From positions 230,618 to 294,617 of the forward strand of contig JAQGDQ010000291.1 in NCBI GenBank assembly GCA_030141605.1: 64,000 nucleotides of DNA, read 5' to 3'. The DNA is from Tubiluchus corallicola (taxonomy: Eukaryota; Animalia; Priapulida). Positions 1 through 12,600 of this stretch are shown here, piece by piece (position 1 is the stretch's first letter; the number at the start of each line of letters is the position of its first letter). The position numbers were made by a program, and so were the translations under genes. Below the pieces are notes generated by a model. That model saw only the letters and a program-made list of their open reading frames with translations, made no database searches and was not told where the DNA came from.

Positions 1-1745
1 TTAATTCTGTCTTACCGTATAGGGTTTAGTCTATTCTGTATATGATTCTTAACATCTATATCTTAACGTTCTACATCTTAAGACAGCTGAAATTTGTGAT
101 GAAATGTGACTACAGCTGTTACGTCCAAACATGATAAATACAGATTTGCAGAAGCTTTTTCTACAGGGTACAGTACGCTAATTGCTGTTTTCATTAATTA
201 TGACAGCGTTCTGGTTACGATGCCCAATGCAGGCGCTAAACACAGCAGGTGTGAACGCATCTCAATGCTGGTGGTGACTGGTGACAAATTTGCATAAGGT
301 CAACGACTGATAACGTGTTATCATCCGTGCCCACATCTCATGTGACCCTGTAGATAACGGTGATCACGTGCAGATCCTTGTTTAATTACGTTATTAAACC
401 CTTACTGCGCATGCGCCGTTGTGCCCGTGCATTATCAGTGACTAATTGACTAATGACTATAAATGATTAATTATGATAGCTACCTTGGGTGATTTGTCTT
501 ATGATCTTTTATGGATTGCATTAGAATCTTGGACATTTTAACATCTATAAGATTTCGCAAAGCTTGACAGGAAGGAAATTCACACATGATGTCTTGCATG
601 TGCGATTTATTATTTCAATGTACACGAATTTCCCTTGATTTTCTGGCTACATAATGTCTATGCACACTTAGTGTCATTCCACTTACTCAAGTACTGTCCT
701 TTAATTTCTGAGAGTTTTATTTTTGGACTGTGATCAATTGGAACTGTTGTTTTTTTATTCTGACTAATCATCCTTTCAATCTTTTATGGTTTTCTTATCT
801 TCTTATTATAACTTTGTCAAACGACTTCAGCATTTCTACTCCCTTGTATATAATCTCTGTGGTTTAGTATACAACTTTCCAATGGACTCGATTACTTCTG
901 TATCTTTCTTTTTTATTCTGTATATGTAGCGTTTTCAAGTTTAATTTGAACTGAGCTTTCAGTATTGCAACACGCTAAATGTTTAAATTTTCATGTTTTC
1001 CATGTTCATGATCAATATGGATAATTGTGTATTGAGTTAATTGGACGCACCTTTAGCTTCATTGGGTGAATTTGCTTTTTGTTAGGCTTTACGCAGTCTG
1101 CTGAGCTTTAAGCTAATAGAAGAATCTTCCTTTTACCAAATCTGCTGTCGTCCTTTACGTAATCGCCACCAATTTCCTCATCATGGTTACGCCCACATGC
1201 ATCTAGTCTTGTTCTTTTGCAGCAATTAGGAAATTATGGTTGCGGTTATTCAAGCTGAATCTTACGTCCTTGAAAACTAAGCCGTAATGATTCGGTAAGC
1301 TGACCCAACGACATCGAGTGTCCTTGCTCAAACGATCAGCTGTTTGCTTGTTGGTATTTTACACCCCAAGGTTGTATATACGTTTGCTCTACTCGCTGAA
1401 CGCCCATTGTGGAACCTGGGAGCGGTGGAGGCGGTAGGGCTGCAGCTCTCGTGTCTCTCTTCCTGCCACATTTAGGGCGACGGGGGAGGAGCCACGACCA
1501 GTTTCGCCTGATCTTGTGTTCCCCAAACAGCTTTGTGCTTTTCTTCCAGAACGTAGCGCTGGGATTAGCACTGGAGCATGTTATAGGGCGAAGTTCTGGG
1601 TGTAGGCGAAGTTCAAGCTTTATGTTTCGAGTCTCGTGCTCTACACATTAGAAAACTAATTGCGTAATGATTTGAACAAAGAGATTCTCGAAAGGAGAAG
1701 TCAGCAAGGAGGCTGTGAGACGCTAGTGTGGTGCCAGGCTGTGTA

Positions 1746-1788
1746 ATGCTGAACATGATTCTGCAGATCAACGAAAATGCTTGTTTAG
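1746..1788 (+). CDS. ATOSA: Candidate first coding exon of the Atos gene (MLNMILQINENACL-G)
   Basis: In-frame ATGs at 1746/1755 and a donor AG|gtaatt in phase 1, matching the phase-1 acceptor at 9444 (G+GT ACG CCG GAA ATG). It follows a relatively GC-rich stretch at 1400-1740. No transcript evidence. Confidence 0.45.
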
Positions 1789-4207
1789 GTAATTCAATAA
1801 TTCATGTCTACGTCACTTGATCTTGTGTACATATCTTGATTAATTTCATATATTATGATATCCGCATTATTGTTATCTTAATAATTCGAAGCCTGATGCG
1901 AATTTGTGTAAAAGCATGTAGACGCTTTTTTCTAAACTTATCAATGAATTCATAAATGTAATACAATGAATGCATGTAAATGTACATGTTTCCAGGTTCA
2001 ACTCCTTTCTGAGACAAAATTTTTCAGTATATTTATTTATTTTCGTTCGTTCACCAGTTTCTAGGTTTAGGTCATTCAACGTAAGTTTCATAGTTTAAAA
2101 TTGTTGTTGATTTGTCATGATTAACAATTGATATTAATTATTGTAATGATTTTCGTCGTTAATGTTCTATCTTTCTTATTTTAGTTGCCATTATTATTGT
2201 AGCGAAATTGCTGCAAAACTTCGCGTGAAAGTATTTTACATTTAAGTTATAACTTGTCACGATTAAAAAATTGGCTTTTCTAGTTCTTGAAACAAGTGCC
2301 GTCACAGAAAAATGATGGTGTGGGCTTGGTGCTTCATTTCCTTATATTTTCTTTTCCCTTCCTCTCTTTGACGCATAGGATATGCATAACACCGACTACT
2401 TACTCGTGAGCTATGTATTATTCATAAAACAACGCCTACATGGTCATGTATACAGAGATAATAAACGTAAAAGGTAGATATAATATATGTGCTGTTTACG
2501 GGCATTTATATTGAATAGTCACCTACTAACGATCCCCCATTGGTTTAGTTTGTCAGAAACGTAAAGCCATTTGTAAATAGGTTTTTACAAAAGTTAATCG
2601 CGCTTTCATTGATCTTGGCTACCATTGATCGTAGGATCATATATACACAGCCAGCGCAGCGAATATTGGGGTGTGCGAATAATTCTACAGTCTTTACACA
2701 CGAGAAAGTGAAATTTTTGGATGGTACAGCACTGTGTTTACCATCTATAAACACTACGTGGGACGTACGCGCTTGCCCGACATAACTGTGCAATGCGGGA
2801 ACTGCATACCGCCTCATTATGTACCATAGCAGCATTGCGGTACACATTAAGACGGTCTGCGGTGCACCTGCAGTACACGGGACTGTCCAGCATGTCCCAC
2901 GTGGTGTGGCAACAAATATAACAGCCCGAGACCTTGATTATGCGTTTTTTAGATACTGGACACAATTACTGTGGATTTTTGTTTTGTCTTTTCTCCAGTA
3001 GGTAGCAGCGAAGCGTTGACTTCAAACATTTTTCAAATTTCTTAAACACTGTTTCGCCGTTTCACTGTCATGGCGGCTTACATTGATCACCGGACTCACA
3101 GTGTAATGGTATAGTTCCTGTAAAGTCATCTCGCTTTCCGTGAAAAACTACGGTTTGCAGCTCCGCCCACATTTAGCCACCAACATGCCGTGCTCTTTTG
3201 CAGAGAAATACAATCTTACTATCGCAGTTACCATAAGATTAATGTTCAATATTTCGTAAACGTAATCAACTGAGTTGAGTTTTTATGGAAATCATAATTA
3301 ATTCTACATTTTTTCCGCAAATTCTGCAATTTTGAAGGATAAGTGCTGTAAAAACAGCACAGAAAAGGATAAACAGGTTGAATAGAGCTATTCATAACCA
3401 AGTGGATGAATAAACTGTCTAACATTTATACATATAAACATTTATATTCGCGATCTAAAAACCAAGTAAAGTTTAAAGCCACTAATTGAAAATTAACCGT
3501 ATTAATACAATTAAATTAGTCCAGATAAATCTGCGACTGTGCGAATTTCTGAATCAGAGCTCACTAATGAACTTACTGTGCTATCAAGTAATCAGTGGAA
3601 ATTGTGTAATGAAGCATTATTGGTACAACAATCAATACACTTCACTGTTGCACAAATTTTATTAACTGGCTTCTGCTTAATTAATCCCAACTTATTGACG
3701 TGCGCTCGCCAGACTTCTGCTATCCAAGAATTATAAGGGGCTAGTCCGGCAGGATACGGGCACTTAAAAGTAGTTTCCTTTTGAGCAGGTTGTTTCTTTC
3801 TGCTATTCTTGGGCTTGCGGGAGTAGCCACATCCTTTCCTCTTTGTGGAAGTGGCGACAGCTGTTCATTTGGTTCCTCCTTTATGTTTTCGGTTCTCAAT
3901 AACATCGGGGAGGAACGAACGCTTTTTCTATTACGTTCTAATGGCAGATTGCTATTATAAAAAAGGTGTATCCACCCTTCTTGTAAATTTTCGAATTTTT
4001 ATCATGATTAGGACGTTGGTCACTGGCGAGTCTGAACTTCGAAAACAAATTTCTGTAGCTTTTTAAAGTTAATTTTTAAAAAAAACTCGTATTTGTGTCA
4101 AGCATACAGCAATATTACTTTGGTGTTTTGCATTGTTGTCATCAAGTGTCATTCTCGTGTCACCTGCGATTCGATGTGTTTCGTGAGAACAGTTCGTCGC
4201 TTGTTAA

Positions 4208-4745
4208 AGGAAAGAACAAGTCACTCAATATATTTGGTTTATTTTTCTGTTATCACTTAAACTTAGAAAAATATAACAAAAAATTGCAAAGAACTGCCTG
4301 TAAAGCTTAAATTTAGAATACACTACTTATGAATGGAAATTGTGAGGCGTGGTGGTTGCCGCCATTCACTTGAAAATCATGACGTAACTGGGGACTTCGT
4401 GACTTTCCGTGAGCGAGTCGTGGCTTTCCGTAAGTGCGTTAACCTAGTTCAAACTTGTGCAGCTTGCCTAATGCTGACGCAAAAATAGCTATCCATTTTT
4501 TTGTAAAAACTTGTTATGCTTTTGATGAAGGTTGACTGAGCGCTACTTTTCTTCAAGACGAATGACGTCATTGGTGGAAGAATGGGCATTGAAAGTGGGA
4601 CCGCCCAAGCATGAAGTGATCGCAACTGTAAATAGATTTTTCTAGTTACACGAGGCGCTTATTGCAGTTTTATTACTAAATCCTTCTAACATTTTTCACG
4701 AACATTGAAATAAGCCCTAGCGTCCTAGAAGTGTTGAATTTTCCT
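4208..4745 (+). mobile_element. Kolobok/T2-type non-autonomous DNA transposon (MITE family A), copy 1
   Basis: TTAA|AGGAAAGAACAAGTC ... TTTTCCT|TTAA; internal sequence shared with four other copies in the window. Confidence 0.8.
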
Positions 4746-5369
4746 TTAAGAGAAAACTCTGATAGAAACATAGATACATTGAAATAAGCCCTAACTTCCT
4801 AGAAGTGTTGACCTTTCCTTTAAGAGAAAACTCTGATAGAAACATAGGTACATTGAAATAAGCCCCAACCTCCTAGAAGTGTTGACCTTTCCTTTAAGAG
4901 AAAACTCTGATAGAAACATAAATACATTGAAATAAGCCCTAACTTCCTAGAAGTGTTGACCTTTCCTTTAAGAGAAAACTCTGATAGAAACATAGATACA
5001 TTGAAATAAGCCCTGACATCCTAGAAGTGTTGATCTTTCCTTTAAGAGAAAACTCTGATAGAAACATAGATACATTGAAATAAGCCCTAACCTCCTAGAA
5101 GTGTTGACCTTTCCTTTAAGAGAAAACTCTGATAGAAACATAGATACATTGAAATAAGCCCTAACCTCCTAGAAGTGTTGACCTTTCCTTTAAGAGAAAA
5201 CTCTGATAGAAACATAGATACATTGAAATAAGCCCTAACCTCCTAGAAGTGTTGACTTTTCCTTTAAGAGAAAACTCGGATAGAAACATAGATACATTGA
5301 AATAAGCCCTAACCTCCTAGAAGTGTTGACCTTTCCTTTAAGAGAAAACTCTGATAGAAACATAGATAC
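4703..5369. repeat. 74-bp tandem repeat x9
   Basis: Units start at 4703, 4777, ... 5295. Confidence 0.95.
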
Positions 5370-8300
5370 CATTGAGCAAAATGCTCAACTCACTAGTATG
5401 CGTGTATGGGTGTGGCACCGTAACATTCCGGGTTGTGTTGCGTAACATGACAGATTAGGGCAAACTGGTACTGAATAAGTTAGTTATGCAATTCAAAGTA
5501 AAATCTATGCGAGTCAGAACGTTCTTTTTCCTTTATGTTAATATTGAGTGAAATTTCCTCCAGGGCGCTGACTAAACTTCGACGCTATTACACATAAATG
5601 TCATTTTGTGAACATTTTTCAAGTCGTTGACAGCTGATAGTTGTGTATTCATCTACGGCGCTTGTTCTCATGGTTGAAGTTTTCTCTTTTATCAGAAGTT
5701 CGATGAGGTGTCGTATGAGGTTATTGGCCAACCTAGTTTTTAATGATTTAAATACTACTGTTTGTAAAGCGATCTGCACTTTTTACAGACTGCGTTGCTC
5801 ACTACTGGAAATTTTCCAGTAGAAAATCATTTTCCATTTTCATCAAACGCTTGCAGCAGACCAAAATTCTATCGACCATCGACTCTTGGGTATTCTGGGA
5901 TGCATTCCGCGTTTAATAAGTGAGTTAATTTACTGTAGATGTGCTATAACGAGTGATTCGATAAAACAACCGCTGCGTTGGCTATTCCTGAAACACTGCT
6001 GATTCATCAGTTTATTTAAGCAAATTAAGTCGACCCGAACAACTCGCAATTATGAATCATTAACCTCATTTTTGTCGCAGTTTTGCAATATTCATTTTGT
6101 AAAGGATACATTTAAACTGAATTGTTGGAGAAATTTGCGATTCTTGTTGATTAAAAGGCCAGACGTAACCTGCAAGCACGAAATGGTACAGCCAGCACAC
6201 CTCCTGCAAATCCTGTTTGGGGTAACAGGAGCTCCAAGGAAGCAGAGAAAGGGTTACCAGCGTACGAAGTTGGTAAACATGCTGTCAGCTGAACTTCTGG
6301 GGGCAGAATATAGATGAAGTATATACTTGACTTTCTATATATAATGCAACAGCGCAAGCTGTAAAACCAAAACAAGATTTAAATGTCGTTAGCATTTTAA
6401 TTTGATATTTCTTCTAATTTTTAACATTTAAAGAAAGAAAATAGCTATAACTTCTTTACTGGAAACCAGTTTTTGTTTACTTAAACGTTCCACCGAATTA
6501 AAAATCTATTGCCAATTTTAGTTTGCCAAAAGCATCAAATTTGTGTCAATGAGGGCATTTCGAACTGCTGAACGTACGTTTAAACGTTCAAGGTAGACCA
6601 GTTAGCGCGGAAAATCAATTACATGTAATATTTTTGTGCGAACGTTTAAACCCTGTATCATTAAATCATTTACTGCAGACGAGTGCACGTTTAGCGTTCC
6701 GGTTGAGGCTGTATAACTTGCTGTACATGACTAAACCCCAGCTGATAAGCATGGCGTACTGTACCACGAGTATTGAGCTGTGCTGTACAATATGTACAGT
6801 GCTACGCCTGACCTTATTATTATAGTAATTGGTGCAATATTCGATCCTTCAAAAAAGCTGATGTTCATTTGCGTGGCATCGTAAAAACGAACGATGTCGG
6901 AACATTATGTGTCATCTAGTTTTACGATACATAAAATTCACAGTATGTGGAGGAAGGTAATAAACTGAATTTTATTATGGGCCAACGACTAGGTTTTATC
7001 ATTCACAGGAGTTATGTCACGAAAAAACTGAAAACAGCTTAACACTTGCCATTATGAATTATTAACATTCTTCGATACTAGATTTTCGATATTTCGGTGC
7101 AGTAACGTTTGCTATTCTTCTAAATTTATCAAATTGTGATTGCGGGTATAATAAAAATTAATGGAACAAAGCAGCTAGTAGCTTACATTAAACTGAAATA
7201 TTCTTAAAATGAATACTAAAAACACCAAACGTATAATTGCACAGTGTCATCATTTCATATGTTGTCATGAACTTTGAATGGTCGCGACCGCTGTATATTT
7301 GTGTTGATCATAAAAGTTTTCTTTTCTCTGTGTTGTTATGACCCTTTAAGATTTTCATTCTTCGCTACAGCTTAATGTAAACTTGCAAAAAATACGCCTG
7401 ATACAATCGGATGTATCTAGGTAAACGAGGCGTCTCTAGAAGTTCGATATTAATCTTTAGGAAGAAGACAGGTGTGTGTGTGTATAACACGGAACAACGC
7501 GTTGGCAAATACGGGGCAGCTCACTGTCATAGCAACGTAATTTCACTGATAACATTACCTTTGTGTGTCATGATTCTCAAGGGCTGGGTGTTTATTGATA
7601 AAGAATATGTTTATTGTGTTTTAGTCATTACCCGACCGTCCATTTTGAGACGATGGGTCACACAGTGTAATAGAAGTTTGGTTTTGCTTTGTTTTGTCAC
7701 CATATTCTTCAAATCTTGTGTACTAACCTTGATTGGTTAAATCATAATTTTATATTATAGACAGTGGTACGTGATATCTCTCGTGCTAGGCTTTCGAGCT
7801 GTGGCACCGTCCTGCATATTTATGCATACTTCTGTGTACATAATAAAAGACTTGTCATCGTCATCATCATCATCGTCGTCGTCATCATCATCATCGTCGT
7901 CGTCATCATCATCGTCATTCACAAGGAAAGGAAAGCATCATAAGTTTGTGCCTATTATCGCGGCTGATAATTTCGGTATCATTTCTCAGCCTCTGGTACA
8001 TTTGCCATAAATCTACATTTTGCCCAGAGTTCTAAATTGATATAGATGTCATGATTATCGCGCTCGTAAATGTGCAGAAAAATGCGCCATTCGTCTTTTT
8101 TCAACATTTATCATTTTGCGGAAACGTCAGAAGGTTGTAGTGGAATAATTTGCGAGTTGCAATTTCATTTTTCCCTTATAACTAGTATTTTTTTTCAGAA
8201 TTTCACTTTCACTGGCATTTTAACTTACTTTTTTGTTTTAAGTGAAGGAATCGTCTTGTAATGGAATACGAGTTTGTATATACAATTCCTCCCCGCCTCC

Positions 8301-9443
8301 TACCCTGCAGGTTGCAGTGGGTGAGATTAGGTGGCAGCCAAAGCTTGGGAGATCGATTGTTCGGTTACTGCGGTACAACAGCTATTTTTAGACGCCAACA
8401 AAAAAGGGATATTTTTCCTAGCTCTCAGCGTTAAAAAGTGAACTACATTGGCGTCCGTGGGATAATAGCTAAAAGTGGCGTCGGTTTGGAGGAAGAAATT
8501 GGTTAAAACTGAGCAAAAAAACGAGCTTATGCTTTGGAGGCTGTGTCTTGATGGTTGTGAGTTGAATCGAGTTGTTTGGATTAGAGTTACATATAAAGTT
8601 CATTGTTTTCTGAATGTAAATGTAATATGGTACATTAGATTGCTGTTATTATGAACAGTAATTCTATTAATCGAGATGATCGAGAGCAAAATATACGTGT
8701 TACACACCGAGTAAAAAGGAAGTGTTTTAGCACAAATGAACGAAATCTGTACATTTTTTCTTTGTTTTTCTCGACTTATCCAAAATATTGTCGCAAGAGA
8801 TTAATCGTGATATCGAATTACAAGAACACTGTATAATCGAATTATATAATTTCAAAATCGCCCATCACTAGCTGTTTGACGTTCTAAACTGCTTGCTAGT
8901 GAAAGAAAATACTTTACCATAACTTTTGAGAAACTATTCAAACCGACGGGGTTTCGCATGAATAATTACTGGCAGTAAAATTACCAAGCACACGCTAACG
9001 TTTTTATCGCTTTTTTCTTTTTTACAATTAAAGCGTAGCGACGTACATTTTGCTTTGCTGTGTATATGTATGTATCACAAGAGTTCGTTGGCGCTAGTGT
9101 CAATGTTTAGCTGTAGTGGATTTAATTCATAATGTCAGTCAAAGCCGACTAAGGAAAGCTTTCCAATGTCGTACAGCCTGCAGCAAAAACGAGTTATTCT
9201 GCGCAAAGCCGCAAAAACGAATTTCGTTTCTTGATTTCTAAAGTGGGTTTCGCATTTCGTAGATCATATTACTTAGTTTTATTTGCCAGGATTCTTTAGA
9301 GATGTTTGACGTTTCTCAAAATGAGTTGATAACGTGCAATAGCAGTTTCTGACTACGCACCCATGGACTTACGTTACTAACGGGCACGCATGCTTAATCG
9401 ATGACGTCACCGGATGCTCATTGTTAGTTTGTTTTCCTCCCAG

Positions 9444-9631
9444 GTACGCCGGAAATGCAACTGGACGTGAGGGAGCCTCTAGACTTGTTTTGTGACTTCG
9501 CCATGCTTGTTGTGGAGAGCCGGGTTCCTTCCTACACATCCAGCGGACACACTTCCGGTCCACATTGTCCGTCGCTAGATGGCACTGTGGTGGAGACTGC
9601 ACACGAAACATGTAGTCGACAAGATAAAATG
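9444..9631 (+). CDS. ATOSA: Atos exon (MQLDVREPLDLFCDFAMLVVESRVP...HCP)
   Basis: ttcctcccag| acceptor, ATG|gtaggt donor; resembles the FAM214A N-terminus. Confidence 0.85.
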
Positions 9632-12600
9632 GTAGGTTTTGAGCCTGTTAGTTTATCCTAAGTACATTATTTATGTTGTAGTCTGTTGTTAGACCACGAC
9701 ACTTTGCTGTTGTGGCACTTAGGCATGTGTGTACAGCAAAAATTTTCATAACTAATGGTAGATTCGTTCTGTTTTTGTGCTTTATGTATGAGAACGCATG
9801 AACTACTCCCATTGGTCCAAATTGACCGCTGCAACGTGAAGAAGATTTGTAAGTGCCCGTATATATTGTGCGGCCATGGTAAAAATCCACTGTTGGATCT
9901 ACCCTTTTGTAGTCAACGCCGTCGTTGTCGTCATAACTGCGTGCAGGGATTATGTACATAGACTCAAGGTTGCTATGGTGGCTATGTTTGCTATGATTGT
10001 ATGGTCACACTGTGTTATTAATAATAAACTACATGTACATTGTACAGTGTGTTTGCAAAACGAAACATACATATCGCACAGGCGGTTGAATGTGAACTGA
10101 CCTTATCAACCAAGTGTTCAAGCGTTAAATGATTGTGCTTAGCGGTTAAAAAGTTATTGGTCTGAAGAGCTAAACTCTAAATTATGCACGTGTTGGCGGA
10201 TGAGAGTTGTGGCTAGGATAACCTGTATTACGCCAGAATTCCTAGAAGAACCTGGAATTCTCATTAGGTGTTGTGTTAACTGTAGTTTCGATCTGCCAGC
10301 CTGCATTTCCTGATACCTAGGTGTTTATATCATCATATGAATTAATTTCGCCTGTCAGTTGAATGCTAGCGATAAATTAATTTCGCCTGATGTATTGATG
10401 ATAAATATTCATTATAGACAAGGAATTGTATAGTGCCTTTTGAAAAATGAAACCTAACATGCATTATAATTATGTCCTCGAGCGTACGTGTCTATCTGCT
10501 TTAAAAGAAGGGACTAGTCACTCAGCATGTTGGGTTTATTTTACTGTTATCACTTAAACTTAGAAAAATATGGCAAAGAAATTTGACAAAAAACATGCTA
10601 TAAAACATGAAATTAATTTAAATTAGCACTGCATAGAGAAAATGCTAGTTGTCATTCACTTGAAAATTATGACGTAACTGGTGGACTTCCACCAGGGGAC
10701 TTTTTATAACCGCATCATGGTTTTTCGTAACCTCGCTCTCCTTAAACTAATTCAAACTTCTGCATCATATCTAATTGTAAAATTCAGAAGTTGTGTTTAT
10801 ACGAAAATACAACAAGCTTAGTTATCTAATTTTTTGTAACACTGAATGACGTCATTGGTGGAAGAATGGGTTCAAAATGGAAGCACCCAGGCGTGAAGTG
10901 ATCACAACTTTTAATTAATTTTACTAATTACACGAGGCGCATATCACACCTTTGATACCCAAATCCTTCTAATATTTTTTGCTAATATTGAATGATTTCC
11001 CAGAAGGCTTGGTCGTTCCTTCATGATAATTTTCGTAAGATAAATACCGGATAAACAACTGTATGCACAGGTTTACTACTGTGCAAATCAGAAAGTTACT
11101 TTCTCACAATTTGTTTCGCAATCTGAAAATCCGTGCTCTTGTTTGCGGCATTTATATCTGTGGGAATGTGATTCCCCCCTGAAAAATTAATGACTAACCC
11201 CTGACACATTAGCTGCTTTACGTCACCCCACTGGAGAACTTAATGGACTAACCCTTGGCACACTAGCTGCTTTACTGTACCCCCCGTGGAGAACTTAATG
11301 GACTAACCCTTGACACACTAGCTGCTTTACTGTAACCCCCCTGGAGAACTTAATGGACTAACCCTTGACACACTAGCTGCTTTACTGTACCCCCCTGGAG
11401 AACTTAATGGACTAACCCTTGACACACTAGCTGCTTTACTGTACCCCCCTGGAGAACTTAATGGACTAACCCTTGACACACTAGCTGCTTTACTATACCC
11501 CCGTGGAGAACTTAATGGACTAACCCTTGACACACTAGCTGCTTTACTGTAACCCCCCTGGAGAACTTAATGGACTAACCCTTGACACACTAGCTGCTTT
11601 ACTGTACCCCCCTGGAGAACTTAATGGACTAACCCTTGACACACTAGCTGCTTTACTGTACCCCCCTGGAGAACTTAATGGACTAACCCTTGACACACTA
11701 GCTGCTTTACTGTACCCCCCTGGAGAACTTAATGGACTAACCCTTGACACACTAGCTGCTTTACTGTACCCCCCGTGGAGAACTTAATGGACTAACCCTT
11801 GACACACTAGCTGCTTTACTGTAACCCCCTGGAGAACTTAATGGACTAACCCTTGACACACTAGCTGCTTTACTGTACCCCCCTGGAGAACTTAATGGAC
11901 TAACCCTTGACACACTATCTGCTTTACTGTACCCCCCTGGAGAACTTAATGGACTAACCCTTGACACACTAGCTGCTTTACTGTACCCCCCTGGAGAACT
12001 TAATGGACTAACCCTTGACACACTAGCTGCTTTACTGTACCCCCCTGGAGAACTTAATGGACTAACCCTTGACACACTAGCTGCTTTACTGTACCCCCGT
12101 GGAGAACTTAATGGACTAACCCTTGACACACTAGCTGCTTTACTGTAACCCCCCTGGAGAACTTAATGGACTAACCCTTGACACACTAGCTGCTTCACTG
12201 TACCCCCTGGAGAACTTAATGGACTAACCCTTGACACACTATCTGCTTTACTGTACCCCCCTGGGTTTGGTTTGTTTGTTTTGTTGGGTTTGGTTTGTGT
12301 GTTTTGTTGGGACTTAATGGACTAACCCTTGACACACTAGCTGTTTTGTCTTGAGAACTTAATGGACTAACCCTTGACACACTAGCTGCTTTACTGTACC
12401 CCCCTGGAGAACTTAATGGACTAACCCTTGACACACTAGCTGCTTTACTATATATCACCATAAATTTTTCGCTGTAAATAATAAATAATTATCACATTTA
12501 ATGTGACTGTCATTTTTGTATTGGTTTGACAGCTGACCGTGCAGCGAAATGAACCTAATAACTGTGACAATACTCAAGCAATTATTTGCCTGAGTAGATG

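Noticed and set aside
4703-5369. Regularly spaced repeats as a possible CRISPR array (also 11183-12450 and 52208-52660)
   Set aside because: Units are head-to-tail with no unique spacers; eukaryotic intronic context; no cas genes.
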